DNA from: Parcubacteria bacterium C7867-004
Lineage (GTDB): Bacteria > Patescibacteriota > Minisyncoccia > Phycocordibacterales > Phycocordibacteraceae
Assembly (NCBI GenBank): GCA_001189075.1
Contig: LFCN01000006.1
Location: 237,219 to 301,218, forward strand
Length of the DNA: 64,000 bases
Reading direction: 5' to 3'
Below, in pieces: positions 1 through 9,355 of this stretch. The notes beneath the pieces were generated by a model. It searched no databases. It worked only from the letters and a program-made list of their open reading frames with translations, and was not told the origin of the DNA. Each line of letters begins with the position of its first letter. Positions within the stretch are counted from its first letter, which is position 1. The translations under genes were made by a program, and so were the position numbers.

Positions 1-63
1 GAATCCCTTCTCGGATTCGGCTCCCGCGGCCTGGCGCTATTCTTCAGCATATTCCCCTGGGGA

Positions 64-528
64 TTGGCGACGCTTGATCTGATCTTGATAGCTCTGCTCG
101 TTTGGATGTTGCAGCACTTCAGGTTCGTGTACAGGACTCCGCTATTATTCATCATCGCCATACTGATAGTATTCGGCACGGCAAGCGGACTTCTGTTCGA
201 TCGCGAGACCGGGTTCCATGACGACCGATTCGAGGAAGCTGAGGCAGGAGAGCTTCCGATACCGATACAGGAGCTGTATGAGAATGTGCTCCCGACGGCA
301 CCTGAAGACCAGGGCATATATCGCGGGTATGTTACCGGCATCGTTTCCGGAGCGTTCCTGATGACGTATGACGATAATGATCACGACGAAGACGATGGCA
401 CCTGGATCGTCATGGGCCCTTCAGGTTTCGATACGTCCGCACTTCGGATAGGAGACAAGGTATATGTGGCGGGAGACCGTGACGGAAAGACGATCGAGGC
501 ATACGGCGTACGTACCTTGGCTCGGTAG
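64..528 (+). CDS. hypothetical membrane protein with an acidic C-terminal domain
   Basis: 154-aa ORF. N-terminus has two hydrophobic helices and a D/E-rich tail. No recognisable motifs. Confidence 0.4.
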   Translation: MATLDLILIALLVWMLQHFRFVYRTPLLFIIAILIVFGTASGLLFDRETGFHDDRFEEAEAGELPIPIQELYENVLPTAPEDQGIYRGYVTGIVSGAFLMTYDDNDHDEDDGTWIVMGPSGFDTSALRIGDKVYVAGDRDGKTIEAYGVRTLAR

Positions 529-568
529 GGCACTGAAATAAGAGGCGGTTCCCGGGTGTACTACCAGT

Positions 569-763
569 ATGCCCACAGAAACACTCGCATACTCGCTCTA
601 CGTCTGCCTCGAATGCGGATGGATATATGACGAGACGCTCGGGATGCCCGAGCGCGGTATCCCGCCCGGTACCCGGTGGGAGAGCCTTCCTGACGACTTC
701 CAATGCGGTGATTGCGATATCCAGAAGCGCGACACTCATATGTGGCAGAAACTCCCCGCATGA
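569..763 (+). CDS. rubredoxin
   Basis: 64 aa. CLECGWIYDE...GIPPGT...LPDDFQCGDCD carries a CxxCG knuckle and a second CxxC knuckle, a variant of the canonical CPxCG. Conserved aromatic core is present. Confidence 0.8.
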   Translation: MPTETLAYSLYVCLECGWIYDETLGMPERGIPPGTRWESLPDDFQCGDCDIQKRDTHMWQKLPA

Positions 764-1131
764 AAAAGGACACCAAGACATTCCTCTATACCGTACTCGG
801 CATCCCTCTCGTATTGAGTTGGGTGTGGGGGCTTAACGCTGCGAATGAGGCGAGTACGGTGACGTACCAGCGGGAGCATGTTGCCGAAGCTGTGCCTGAG
901 ATAGTGCTGCCGGTTGAACCTGCTCAGGAGGTGGTAGCTGTAGCGACGGCAACTCCCGTGGTGCCTGTCCCTAAGCCCGTGCGCGCAAAGCCTGTCCCGC
1001 AACCTGTGGTAGTTCCCGTGCCGGTAGCTCCACCTGCGGTTGTGACGGTCGTTACGCCTCCGCCTGCCGATCCTGCCCCTAAACCTAAGCCGGTGGCGGT
1101 GAAGAAGGCACGGCGCACCCGCGCCAGCTAA
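760..1131 (+). CDS. membrane-anchored Pro/Val-rich protein (TonB-like spacer, no C-terminal domain)
   Basis: ATG at 760 overlaps the rubredoxin stop (ATGA). One N-terminal TM helix, then a PVVPVPKPV... low-complexity region and a basic tail. Confidence 0.5.
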   Translation: MKKDTKTFLYTVLGIPLVLSWVWGLNAANEASTVTYQREHVAEAVPEIVLPVEPAQEVVAVATATPVVPVPKPVRAKPVPQPVVVPVPVAPPAVVTVVTPPPADPAPKPKPVAVKKARRTRAS

Positions 1132-1135
1132 TGCC

Positions 1136-2062
1136 ATGAAGGAATACGACTACGAGAAGAAGATCATGGGGTCAGAGGCGAGCTTGAGCATCATCGCGCC
1201 TACGCCAGCGATTGCTAACGCTGCGGTAGTTGAGCTCTTTGAGATCGCCGAGAATGAAGAAGCCCGCTTTTCGCGATTTCGCGAAGAGAGCGAGCTTTCA
1301 CGACTCAATCGTGAACGCTCGTGCCAGGTTTCCAAAGAGTTCATGGATGCGTTCTTGCTCGGGAAAGAGCTGTACCGCACAACGCACGGTACATTCAACC
1401 CGCTTGTCGACATTTCCCGTTTCGGATACGACGCGGACATAGCCGTTGTAAAGGGCACGAACCGTATTGGGAAAGAGATTGCGTCGTACGACACCGATAT
1501 GGAATCGGTGCTCGTCGATCAGGAAACTATGACCATTTCGCTTGCGGAGGGTCAGAATCTTGATTTCGGCGGATATATGAAAGGGCATACCGCGGAGAAG
1601 ATGGCGAAGGCTGCCAAGGGCTGTCAGGGAGTACTGGTAAACCTCGGCGGAGACATCTACGCCCGCGGACTCGATGCAGAAGGGAAGCCTTTTATCTTCG
1701 TAATCGAAGACCCGACTGATGCCGGTATCGACCTCTCATTCTTTGCGACTAATGCGGGGATCGCAACCAGTGGATCCTACAACCGCCACTGGAACTATCT
1801 CGGTACCCCGTTCTTTCATATCCTCGACGCATCAGGGACCAAGAACCCGGCGACAGAAATCCTGTCGGCCACTGTTATTGCGCGATCGGGCGCAGAAGCC
1901 GACGCATACGCGACTGCAGCTCTTATTCTCGGGATCAAGCCCGCTGAGAGATTCCTTGAGGAGAACGGGTGCGAGTACTGCCTCATCGGAAAGGACGGCA
2001 GTTTGACCTTTTCCGGAGCATTTCCACTTGTTCAGAAAGCTGAATCCTACCTCTATGCCTAA
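1136..2062 (+). CDS. apbE: FAD:protein FMN transferase (ApbE family)
   Basis: 308 aa. ApbE-like N-terminus (MGS...RFSRF...SELSRLN) and GGDIYARG / SGSY motifs. Confidence 0.8.
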   Translation: MKEYDYEKKIMGSEASLSIIAPTPAIANAAVVELFEIAENEEARFSRFREESELSRLNRERSCQVSKEFMDAFLLGKELYRTTHGTFNPLVDISRFGYDADIAVVKGTNRIGKEIASYDTDMESVLVDQETMTISLAEGQNLDFGGYMKGHTAEKMAKAAKGCQGVLVNLGGDIYARGLDAEGKPFIFVIEDPTDAGIDLSFFATNAGIATSGSYNRHWNYLGTPFFHILDASGTKNPATEILSATVIARSGAEADAYATAALILGIKPAERFLEENGCEYCLIGKDGSLTFSGAFPLVQKAESYLYA

Positions 2063-2681
2063 CAAAACATTCTTCACGTTCATAGCGTCACTTCAAGAGA
2101 CGCTCCTCATAATAGGTATCGGAATATCGCTCCTGCTGCCGATGATTCTTGCCTACGCTCCGGCGTATCTGCCGGAGTGGTCGTACACTGCACTATTCGG
2201 GCTGTCGCTATTCACGGTATTCCTCGTGATGATCATCCGCCCGCTTGCTGATTTGTTTCCTAGCGTCACCTGGATACGGCCGCTCGTGATCTTGCGCAAG
2301 GGATTCGGCGTACTGTCGGCATCGATCATCGTGGGGATTATGCTCTCGAAGTTCATGGTCGATGGATTTGTCTACGCGCTCGACTTCTTCAGTCCTGAGC
2401 ACTGGTCGCTTGCTGGCGGCGCCGTGCTCGCGCCGATCGGAGATCTCTCCGCGCTGGTGCTCTTGGTCACGTCTAACAAATACTCGAAACGCGTACTCGG
2501 CAAGAACTGGAAGCGAATACAGAAGCTCGCGTACGTGTACTTCTATGCAGGCGCCTTGTATGAATTCCTGTTGCTCGATCAAGTCCTCGCTCTGGTAGCG
2601 ATGATCCTCGTAACGGCTCTAGTGGGCGCGGCGTATATAAAGAACAACCTGAAGCCCGTGCGCACACCTCAAACCATATGA
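2055..2681 (+). CDS. ferric-reductase-domain (MsrQ/YedZ-like) polytopic membrane protein lacking the haem-ligating histidines
   Basis: ~6 TM helices. RKGFGVLSA and KLAYVYFYAGALYEF sit at positions resembling MsrQ RRxLG / LHNFVY...H, but the whole protein has only one His. ATG at 2055 overlaps the apbE stop. Confidence 0.6.
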   Translation: MPNKTFFTFIASLQETLLIIGIGISLLLPMILAYAPAYLPEWSYTALFGLSLFTVFLVMIIRPLADLFPSVTWIRPLVILRKGFGVLSASIIVGIMLSKFMVDGFVYALDFFSPEHWSLAGGAVLAPIGDLSALVLLVTSNKYSKRVLGKNWKRIQKLAYVYFYAGALYEFLLLDQVLALVAMILVTALVGAAYIKNNLKPVRTPQTI

Positions 2682-3379
2682 CTATAAAGCGCATGACCGC
2701 GAATATAGGAACCGTACGCGACCTCTCGCCGACCGCGCGTGAAGTCACGCTCCGTCTTCCTGAGCCGCTCGGTTTCTCGCCCGGCGCGTTCGTGAACGTA
2801 TTCATGGATGCGGATGGTTCTCGCCTACGCCGTGCCTACTCGATATCCTCCGATGAGAATGCTCAGGATACGGTCACGCTTTCCATTCGGAAAGGAAGCC
2901 CGGGCGGTATGAGCGAGCGCTTCTGGGACGAGCAGATTGAACGCGTGCCGCTCGAGATCATGGGACCGCTCGGAATTAATACTGCCGATAAGATCACTGG
3001 TAGCAGGATATTCCTATTCGGATTCGGTATCGGCGTGTCAGTGATAAAAGGACTCCTGCCGCACCTGCTTCGAAGGGAAAATGTGACAGAGATAACCGTC
3101 ATGATTGGAAGCAGAAACGAGAAAGAATCCTTATATAAGGGATTCTTCGAGGAATTAGCGGGGCGCGACCCGCGCCTCAGAGTGAAGATAGTACTCTCGC
3201 AGCCGCTCGATGCCGCGTATCCATTCAAGGGATATCTGCAGTACCATGTTGATGACCTCGATTTCAGTGACGCGTCGGTTTATATCTGCGGAACGAAGAT
3301 CGCTGCCGAGTCCCTGAGGGAAGTGATAGAAAAGAAAGGGTCCGCGGTCCGAGAGTTCTTACTAGAAGCGTTCGATTAA
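2678..3379 (+). CDS. FNR-like FAD/NAD(P)-binding oxidoreductase subunit
   Basis: RRAYSISS (RxYS FAD motif) and GFGIGVSV (NAD-binding glycine motif). Start overlaps the upstream gene by 4 nt (ATGA). Confidence 0.75.
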   Translation: MTIKRMTANIGTVRDLSPTAREVTLRLPEPLGFSPGAFVNVFMDADGSRLRRAYSISSDENAQDTVTLSIRKGSPGGMSERFWDEQIERVPLEIMGPLGINTADKITGSRIFLFGFGIGVSVIKGLLPHLLRRENVTEITVMIGSRNEKESLYKGFFEELAGRDPRLRVKIVLSQPLDAAYPFKGYLQYHVDDLDFSDASVYICGTKIAAESLREVIEKKGSAVREFLLEAFD

Positions 3380-3389
3380 GCATATACTC

Positions 3390-3785
3390 ATGACTATGAA
3401 TACCAACACGAAATTCCTCCTTGTCGGACTGCTCGGCATCATTATCGGAATGGGCGGAGCAACGCTTGCGCTGCATGAGCGCGGCAATGATAGCGATGAT
3501 GGCCACCGTATGGCAGACGGATCCCGGATGCGAGGCTCAATGAGTATGCAGGGAGAGATGGACGGCATGATGCAGGCTCTCGACGGGAAGACCGGAGACG
3601 CATTCGATCAGGCCTTCCTGAAGGAAATGATCGTCCATCACCAGGGTGCGGTAGCTATGGCAGAGGCAGCACTAAAGAATGCCAAGCACCAGGAGATCAA
3701 GGACCTCGCCCAGGGAATAATCTCCGCGCAGAATTCTGAGATTCAGAAGATGGGTGAGTGGCAGAAAAGTTGGTACGGTAAGTGA
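3390..3785 (+). CDS. DUF305 family protein (secreted)
   Basis: N-terminal TM/signal region and the DUF305 signature FLKEMIVHHQGAVAMAE. Confidence 0.7.
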   Translation: MTMNTNTKFLLVGLLGIIIGMGGATLALHERGNDSDDGHRMADGSRMRGSMSMQGEMDGMMQALDGKTGDAFDQAFLKEMIVHHQGAVAMAEAALKNAKHQEIKDLAQGIISAQNSEIQKMGEWQKSWYGK

Positions 3786-3961
3786 TACAGAGTAGATCAA
3801 TTTAAATCTCAATGACGCAGCTACAGTAGCTGGGATAAAATACTTTATTATCCTGGCAGCTCAAGCGTTCCTGAGTATCTACAGGAAACGCGCAGGGCGC
3901 AGTAGTTCCGCTAAGACACCCGCCTAGCCATTTGCGCTCTGCTTGGTATAGTTTTCCTATC

Positions 3962-4285
3962 ATGCCAATCATACGAATCGATTACGACAAGGAGCAGATC
4001 GAGAGCGAGGAAGTGCTAAGGCTTTCCCATGCTCTCCGGGATATCGTGTCTGAGGTAACGGGCATACAAGAGGTATTCGTCTATGCTGATAGCCACGAGA
4101 TCACCATCAAGGCGGATCCGCTTGAGATCTTCATAGAAATGAGCGCTCACCTTGCTACGGATGTTGATGCATTGATGGAGGAGATCAAGAAACGACTATC
4201 AGCATGGAAAGCAGAGGTGGGCTTCACCACACCGATAAACCTCACCATTATCCCGATGCAGTGGAAGATAGAGATCGGTATCTAA
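3962..4285 (+). CDS. hypothetical protein
   Basis: ORF 3932..4285. ATG at 3962 (MPIIRIDYD) chosen as start. No recognisable motifs. Confidence 0.4.
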   Translation: MPIIRIDYDKEQIESEEVLRLSHALRDIVSEVTGIQEVFVYADSHEITIKADPLEIFIEMSAHLATDVDALMEEIKKRLSAWKAEVGFTTPINLTIIPMQWKIEIGI

Positions 4286-4301
4286 AGGCTCAATCGTTCC
4301 T

Positions 4302-4736
4302 ATGGCCGAACCAAAGACAAAGGTAACGAAGGCGAGTGTGGAGAAGTTCTTGAGCGGGATAAAGGATGCGCAGAAGCGCGAAGATTGCACTGCCATATCC
4401 AAGATGATGGAGAAGGCGATAAAATCCAAGACAGAGATGTGGGGCGCATCGATCGTCGGCTTCGGTCGCCGGACGTACACGTATGCGAACGGGAAAGAGG
4501 GAGAGTGGATGGTAATCGGCTTTGCTCCGCGCAAACAGAATATCGCACTCTATGGTCTAAAGGTTTTCACTATGACAACTGCTGGCCTACAAGAGAAGAA
4601 AGGAGAAAACGACTTTCTTTTAAAACTGGGGAAATATAAGGAAGGAGGAGGGTGCCTCTATATCAATAGGCTTTCTGATATCGATACGAAAGAGCTTGAG
4701 AAGATAACAAAGCTTGCAGTAAGTCGAAATAAATAA
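4302..4736 (+). CDS. DUF1801 (YdhG-like) domain protein
   Basis: 144 aa. Composition and length fit the YdhG/DUF1801 family (KxxxxKxEDCT..., ...GFAPRKQNIALY). Confidence 0.6.
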   Translation: MAEPKTKVTKASVEKFLSGIKDAQKREDCTAISKMMEKAIKSKTEMWGASIVGFGRRTYTYANGKEGEWMVIGFAPRKQNIALYGLKVFTMTTAGLQEKKGENDFLLKLGKYKEGGGCLYINRLSDIDTKELEKITKLAVSRNK

Positions 4737-5305
4737 TGAACATGCTTTCCATAGAGGACACCAACCGCATGTCTTGGAATGAGGTCGATGAATGCAAAGA
4801 TCGGCTATTCAAGCAGATAGAAGCGGAATTCACTGACCCGGAATCCCTCATAATCGCGCCTCTGCTCCGGACAGGAGGAATTGTCGGCGGCATGCTGTCC
4901 ATAAAGCTTCGGGCGGTTCAGATGCTCCCGCTCCAGTTCAAGTATTTATATAACCCGACAAAGATCAGTCAGTTGCTCTCGATACCCGATTTTCTCGCTG
5001 AGGTGCCTAGCCCCATGAACGTTGTTCTGTGCGAAGGGAATACAAGCTCAGGCTCAACCGCGATAAAGGCATCCGCCGCGATACGTGAGAAATATCCGCA
5101 TGCAAAAGTTTACTTAGCTACGCTGACGAAAGTGTTCGGCGGCCCTGAGGAGCTCGAAGGCATAGAAAAGATATTCTATGGTCGCCAGACAGATGAAGGA
5201 TTTAAAGCTACTGCTGAAGAAAAGGAAAGCCTTGATCTAAGAGAAGGGGTTACCGTTTTCCCATGGGAAAATGCTGACGACGAACTCTCCGATCTAAATG
5301 CCTAG
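4736..5305 (+). CDS. phosphoribosyltransferase-like fold protein (degenerate PRPP motif)
   Basis: NVVLCEGNTSSGSTA resembles the type-I PRTase PRPP loop, but the acidic pair is replaced by EG. Start overlaps the previous stop (TAATG). Confidence 0.4.
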   Translation: MNMLSIEDTNRMSWNEVDECKDRLFKQIEAEFTDPESLIIAPLLRTGGIVGGMLSIKLRAVQMLPLQFKYLYNPTKISQLLSIPDFLAEVPSPMNVVLCEGNTSSGSTAIKASAAIREKYPHAKVYLATLTKVFGGPEELEGIEKIFYGRQTDEGFKATAEEKESLDLREGVTVFPWENADDELSDLNA

Positions 5306-5331
5306 AACAGACTGCTGGTCCTTGAGCCTCT

Positions 5332-5640
5332 CTATTTCTTAGATCGCTTGCTGAGCACCCCTCGCACCGAAGGACTCACCGCTTTATCCTTGCGGTGGAT
5401 ACAACCGATCCAGCAACAGGGACGGCGCACACCTTCCTTGAGCTTGCTGATAAGACACTCTCGATGCTCCTTTCTCGTCTCCTCCTTCTTTACGGAGATA
5501 ACCCAGCAGATCCATTCATTGCGCGCGAGCGGCGTAAGACTCTCCCAGGCAGCGCGTGCGGCCTTGCTTGAGGAAAGAGCCTTTTGGATATCTGAAGGTA
5601 GTGCGTGGGCGGTACCCGCGGAGATTGTTATCGTAGCCAT
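5332..5640 (-). CDS. YdeI/OmpD-associated family protein
   Basis: ~100 aa. C-terminal ...ARNEWICWVISVKKEETRKEHRECLISKL is typical of the YdeI (DUF1905-associated) family. Start taken at MATITIS. Confidence 0.55.
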   Translation of the reverse strand: MATITISAGTAHALPSDIQKALSSSKAARAAWESLTPLARNEWICWVISVKKEETRKEHRECLISKLKEGVRRPCCWIGCIHRKDKAVSPSVRGVLSKRSKK

Positions 5641-5691
5641 ACGTACATAGTACTGCAATTTTATTACCGGGAGATGTGCTACATTCTTCGC

Positions 5692-6237
5692 ATGGTTAGC
5701 ATCATGTACTTCGTCCATGGGACCACCGTCGACAACGAGAATGAGATCTCGTCCGGGTGGTCGGACGCAGAGCTCTCGGAGCTCGGTATCCGGCAGTCGA
5801 TCGAGCTCGGAGAGAAAGTCGATGGGGCATCATTCGACGTCGTCTTCTGCTCGGATCTTTCGCGGGCTCGCAAGTCCGCTGAACTCGCCTGGGGAGAGAC
5901 GGTACCCATCATTCCGGACGCTCGATTGCGGGAATGTAATTACGGAACGCTGAATGGCGCAGCTTCCGCGATCGTGGAGCCGCTGCAGGAGAGAGACATG
6001 CATCATACGCCGTTCCCGGAAGGGGAGAGCTATAACGATGTGAAGGACCGCGTCGCTGATTTCCTTGAATTCCTGAAAGCAGACTATGACGGGAAGCGCG
6101 TTGCTATAGTGGGTCATAAGGCTCCCCAGCTTGCGCTCGACGTATTGCTCAAAGGAATAACCTGGGACGAGGCGCTGGCTCGCGACTGGCGCAAGACCAA
6201 GTCCTGGCAGCCCGGGTGGGAATATACGATTACCTAA
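5692..6237 (+). CDS. histidine phosphatase family protein (phosphoglycerate mutase-like)
   Basis: YFVHGTT(V)...SDLSRARKSAE...VAIVGHKAP matches the RHG-type branch-1 phosphatase layout. The Arg of RHG is replaced by Val. Confidence 0.6.
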   Translation: MVSIMYFVHGTTVDNENEISSGWSDAELSELGIRQSIELGEKVDGASFDVVFCSDLSRARKSAELAWGETVPIIPDARLRECNYGTLNGAASAIVEPLQERDMHHTPFPEGESYNDVKDRVADFLEFLKADYDGKRVAIVGHKAPQLALDVLLKGITWDEALARDWRKTKSWQPGWEYTIT

Positions 6238-6786
6238 ATGAAAAAGGTCATCATCATCCACGGCAACGGGGGAAGCACGGGAAACGATCAGTGGATACCG
6301 TGGCTCGCGGACGAGCTCCGAGGCCACGGCTTTGAAGTGCAGCATCCGACATTCCCGGATAACGTCGAGGCAAAGGGTTCGGTCTGGCTTCCTTATATTG
6401 ATGAACTGGGGGCGGATGAGGATACGATTATCGTGGGCTGGTCTTCAGGAGCAGTGGCCGCTATGCGGTATGCGGAAACACACAAGCTACGTGCCTCGGT
6501 ACTGATCGGCGCCTGCCACACAGATCTCGGGGAAGAGAGCGAGAGGGTATCCGGGTATTACGACGCACCCTGGGATTGGGATGCTATTCGCGCCAATCAG
6601 GTATGGATCGCCCAGTTCGCATCCATAGATGATCCCCTTATTCCCATAGAGGAGGCCAGATTCATACAGGAAAAGCTCGGTACCGAGTACTACGAGTCCT
6701 CCGATAAGCAGCATTTCGGATATCCCGATTCCATGGACACGTTTCCCGAGGTTTTGGATGTAATCCTCTCGCATGAGGGTGCATAA
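6238..6786 (+). CDS. alpha/beta hydrolase (RBBP9/YdeN-like serine hydrolase)
   Basis: IIIHGNGGS and GWSSGA (GxSxG nucleophile elbow), plus a C-terminal His in ...HFGYPDS. Confidence 0.7.
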   Translation: MKKVIIIHGNGGSTGNDQWIPWLADELRGHGFEVQHPTFPDNVEAKGSVWLPYIDELGADEDTIIVGWSSGAVAAMRYAETHKLRASVLIGACHTDLGEESERVSGYYDAPWDWDAIRANQVWIAQFASIDDPLIPIEEARFIQEKLGTEYYESSDKQHFGYPDSMDTFPEVLDVILSHEGA

Positions 6787-6840
6787 GGACATGGTTCGCC
6801 CTTCACGCCAAATTAACGTACTACGCTATACTGTACGCAT

Positions 6841-7179
6841 ATGAAATTCTTTGTTACCTATCAGATGCCCCACACAGGACTCGATGAGTGGATGAAATTA
6901 CCCGAGGAGGAGCGTAAGGCGCAGGAGAACCAGATGAAGTCCGATTGGGATGCGTGGATGGCTGCGCACAAGGACGTGGTAACTGACACCGCAGGAGTCG
7001 GCAAGCCGAAGCGTATTCTGGGAGACACTGTTGAAGATGCTCGTAACGATCTTATGATGTACTCATTCGTCGAGGCAGAGTCGCTCGAAGCTGCTGCAGA
7101 GATATTCAAGGGACACCCTCATTTTGGTATCCCGGGAGGAAGCATCGAGGTAATGAAGGTGAACGCGAACGTCAGTTAA
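6841..7179 (+). CDS. hypothetical small protein
   Basis: 112-aa ORF with a plausible upstream spacer. No motif recognised. Confidence 0.45.
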   Translation: MKFFVTYQMPHTGLDEWMKLPEEERKAQENQMKSDWDAWMAAHKDVVTDTAGVGKPKRILGDTVEDARNDLMMYSFVEAESLEAAAEIFKGHPHFGIPGGSIEVMKVNANVS

Positions 7180-7191
7180 GAACGCCAGGCG

Positions 7192-8220
7192 TTACGGTTC
7201 GATAGGCAGGCTGTTCTCCGCTTCCTCCTGATAGAGGTAGCACTCGCCGTCCTCGAGGCAGTAGTGATCGTCGTAGTACTCGATGCCGTCCTCTTCGTAT
7301 GCGGCATCATCTTTCTCGGTCTTCTCTAGTACGCTAGCGAACGCTACGCCAGCGATAAGGCCGATGTAGATAACCGCCAGGAAGCCGAAAGAGAATATGG
7401 GTCCGAGCACCATGCCGAACAGGTTCGCCTTCGGGAGGACAACCGGCTGGTTCGGTTCGAAGAATGTGCGGATGCGAGAGAATCTGAGCGCGGTGAACGG
7501 ATGCGAGCTGTTCGTGTAGACCACCGCTGGCCAGAACTGCGACACGTCGCGCGCCTGTTCTTCGTACGCGGCGGCATCGAGCGCGGCGCTCCTGCCGTAA
7601 TTGGCGGTAGCGAGCACGGCCACTGCCTGACGCGCTTTTTCGAGCGAGCTTGCGCCGAAGCGCGCTCCGTAGGCGTCACAGGTATATTCACAGGCCCTGC
7701 TGTATGCGGTATAGAGCCACGGCACCAGGCGGACCGGCGCGAAGAAGCTGCTGAAGAGCGTGTGCTTCCGGACATGATGCCCGATCTCATGACCGAGGAT
7801 GAACGAAGTGAGCTCCTTGTCGTTATCGCAGGCGACGAGCAGATCAGTCGTTATAACGACGAAATCTCGCATCACCACCTTAAGTGCGAAGGCGTTGATC
7901 ATTCCGCTGCCGTTGAAGACATAGACACTCGGCAATTTCGTAAGGCCGATCCGATCGCTGATGCGCTTTGTCTCAGCATAGAGATCAGGGTACTGTGTGG
8001 CCGATACGCGGATACCGTACCCCTTTATCTGTGCGATGAATAGGCAATTGAGACAGATCCCGAGAAGACCTCCCAGCACTATCACGATAAGACCGATTCC
8101 GAGTGATGCTATAGCGAACCCAACCCAGAAGATGGTCGCGAGCGCGAAGATACTGAAGAATAACGGACGCTCAGTGGGATAGATCAGATCAGGGGAATCA
8201 GTGCCGGTGGTTTTTTCCAT
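7192..8220 (-). CDS. M48 family metallopeptidase (HtpX-like), membrane
   Basis: HExxH in ILGHEIGHHVRKH. N- and C-terminal TM helices and an acidic C-terminal tail. Start at MEKTTG. Confidence 0.7.
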   Translation of the reverse strand: MEKTTGTDSPDLIYPTERPLFFSIFALATIFWVGFAIASLGIGLIVIVLGGLLGICLNCLFIAQIKGYGIRVSATQYPDLYAETKRISDRIGLTKLPSVYVFNGSGMINAFALKVVMRDFVVITTDLLVACDNDKELTSFILGHEIGHHVRKHTLFSSFFAPVRLVPWLYTAYSRACEYTCDAYGARFGASSLEKARQAVAVLATANYGRSAALDAAAYEEQARDVSQFWPAVVYTNSSHPFTALRFSRIRTFFEPNQPVVLPKANLFGMVLGPIFSFGFLAVIYIGLIAGVAFASVLEKTEKDDAAYEEDGIEYYDDHYCLEDGECYLYQEEAENSLPIEP

Positions 8221-8262
8221 ATGCCAAAAGCATAGCACCCCTATAGAGGGTATGATTGCCGC

Positions 8263-8691
8263 ATGTCAGAAGGACCGCCGTCACAAAAAGAAGGAGATAG
8301 GTCCATGTCGTCGAAAGACGCGCGGGAGCGTTTGGAGCTGTATCTGGCGTTGGAATTCAGGCAGGAATCATATGAAGACTTACGTCCGCTAATTCTCCTC
8401 CTTGAGGGAATATTTGAGGACTTTGAAAAGGAGCATGATCCTGAAGCATTGCTTGCTATCACCTCATTCGCGTCCGAGGAAGAGCGTATCGCTTCTATCC
8501 GACAACCGGCGCTCCTCGCGCTCACGCCTATAGCGCAGACCCTTAAATACCTTAGTCATCAAAAAGCCGTTCCGAAGGATGTGTATGACGCTCTTCGGGC
8601 ACGCCAGAAGTTCCTTAATAATATTGTCGGATCCGTAACCGTTGACCCAAGCGGGAACGTATTCGAGCTCGTGCATCACGATCGAGGGTAG
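8263..8691 (+). CDS. hypothetical protein
   Basis: 142-aa ORF divergent from the M48 gene. No motifs recognised. Confidence 0.4.
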   Translation: MSEGPPSQKEGDRSMSSKDARERLELYLALEFRQESYEDLRPLILLLEGIFEDFEKEHDPEALLAITSFASEEERIASIRQPALLALTPIAQTLKYLSHQKAVPKDVYDALRARQKFLNNIVGSVTVDPSGNVFELVHHDRG

Positions 8692-8772
8692 AAGATAGAG
8701 GACCTGTCGGGAGAGTTGTTTTTCAAAAATTGTATGATATAATCAAAATACAAGACAACTAAACCCTCACCC

Positions 8773-9246
8773 ATGCCCGATTTCAAGAAGACCAATCGAT
8801 TCAGTAAGCCAGGAGGCTTCAAGCGCCCGACATTCGGGTCAGGACCGCGTCGCCCCGCTGGACGCGATTTCGGGAATACCGAGACATTCAAGGCAACCTG
8901 CAGCAAGTGCAACAATTCCTGCGATGTGCCGTTCCGTCCGAATGGGAAGAAGCCGGTATTCTGCAAGGACTGCTTCGTCCGCGATGACGCCCGCCCTCAG
9001 ACCGGGGGATATGAGAAGCGTAGCTACAACGACGAGCGCCCTTCCTACAATCCTAAGCCGGCTGTAACCGAGGACCCTCGTATCGGTGCTATGCAGAAGG
9101 AGCTCGCGGTAGTCCATGCGAAACTCGATACCCTTATCGAGCGCCTCGAAGGCGCGGCGTTCTCTTCGATCATTGAGAAGGCATCCGAGCGCGCGGAAAA
9201 GCCGGTAAAGACTAAAGCCGCAGCAAAGAAAGCAGCGAAAAAATAA
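8773..9246 (+). CDS. zinc-ribbon protein with Lys/Ala-rich C-terminal tail
   Basis: CSKCNNSC...FCKDCF gives a CxxC...CxxC zinc ribbon. C-terminal KTKAAAKKAAKK basic tail. Preceded by TTGTATGATATAAT. Confidence 0.55.
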   Translation: MPDFKKTNRFSKPGGFKRPTFGSGPRRPAGRDFGNTETFKATCSKCNNSCDVPFRPNGKKPVFCKDCFVRDDARPQTGGYEKRSYNDERPSYNPKPAVTEDPRIGAMQKELAVVHAKLDTLIERLEGAAFSSIIEKASERAEKPVKTKAAAKKAAKK

Positions 9247-9355
9247 TTCCTGCCGCAAGACACAGTGCAAGAGCGCGCCCTTCTGGGCGCGTTCTTGTTT
9301 GCTATGCTTGAAGGCATTAACGCTCAGTTCACTATCCTCATTCCATACTTCGCAC

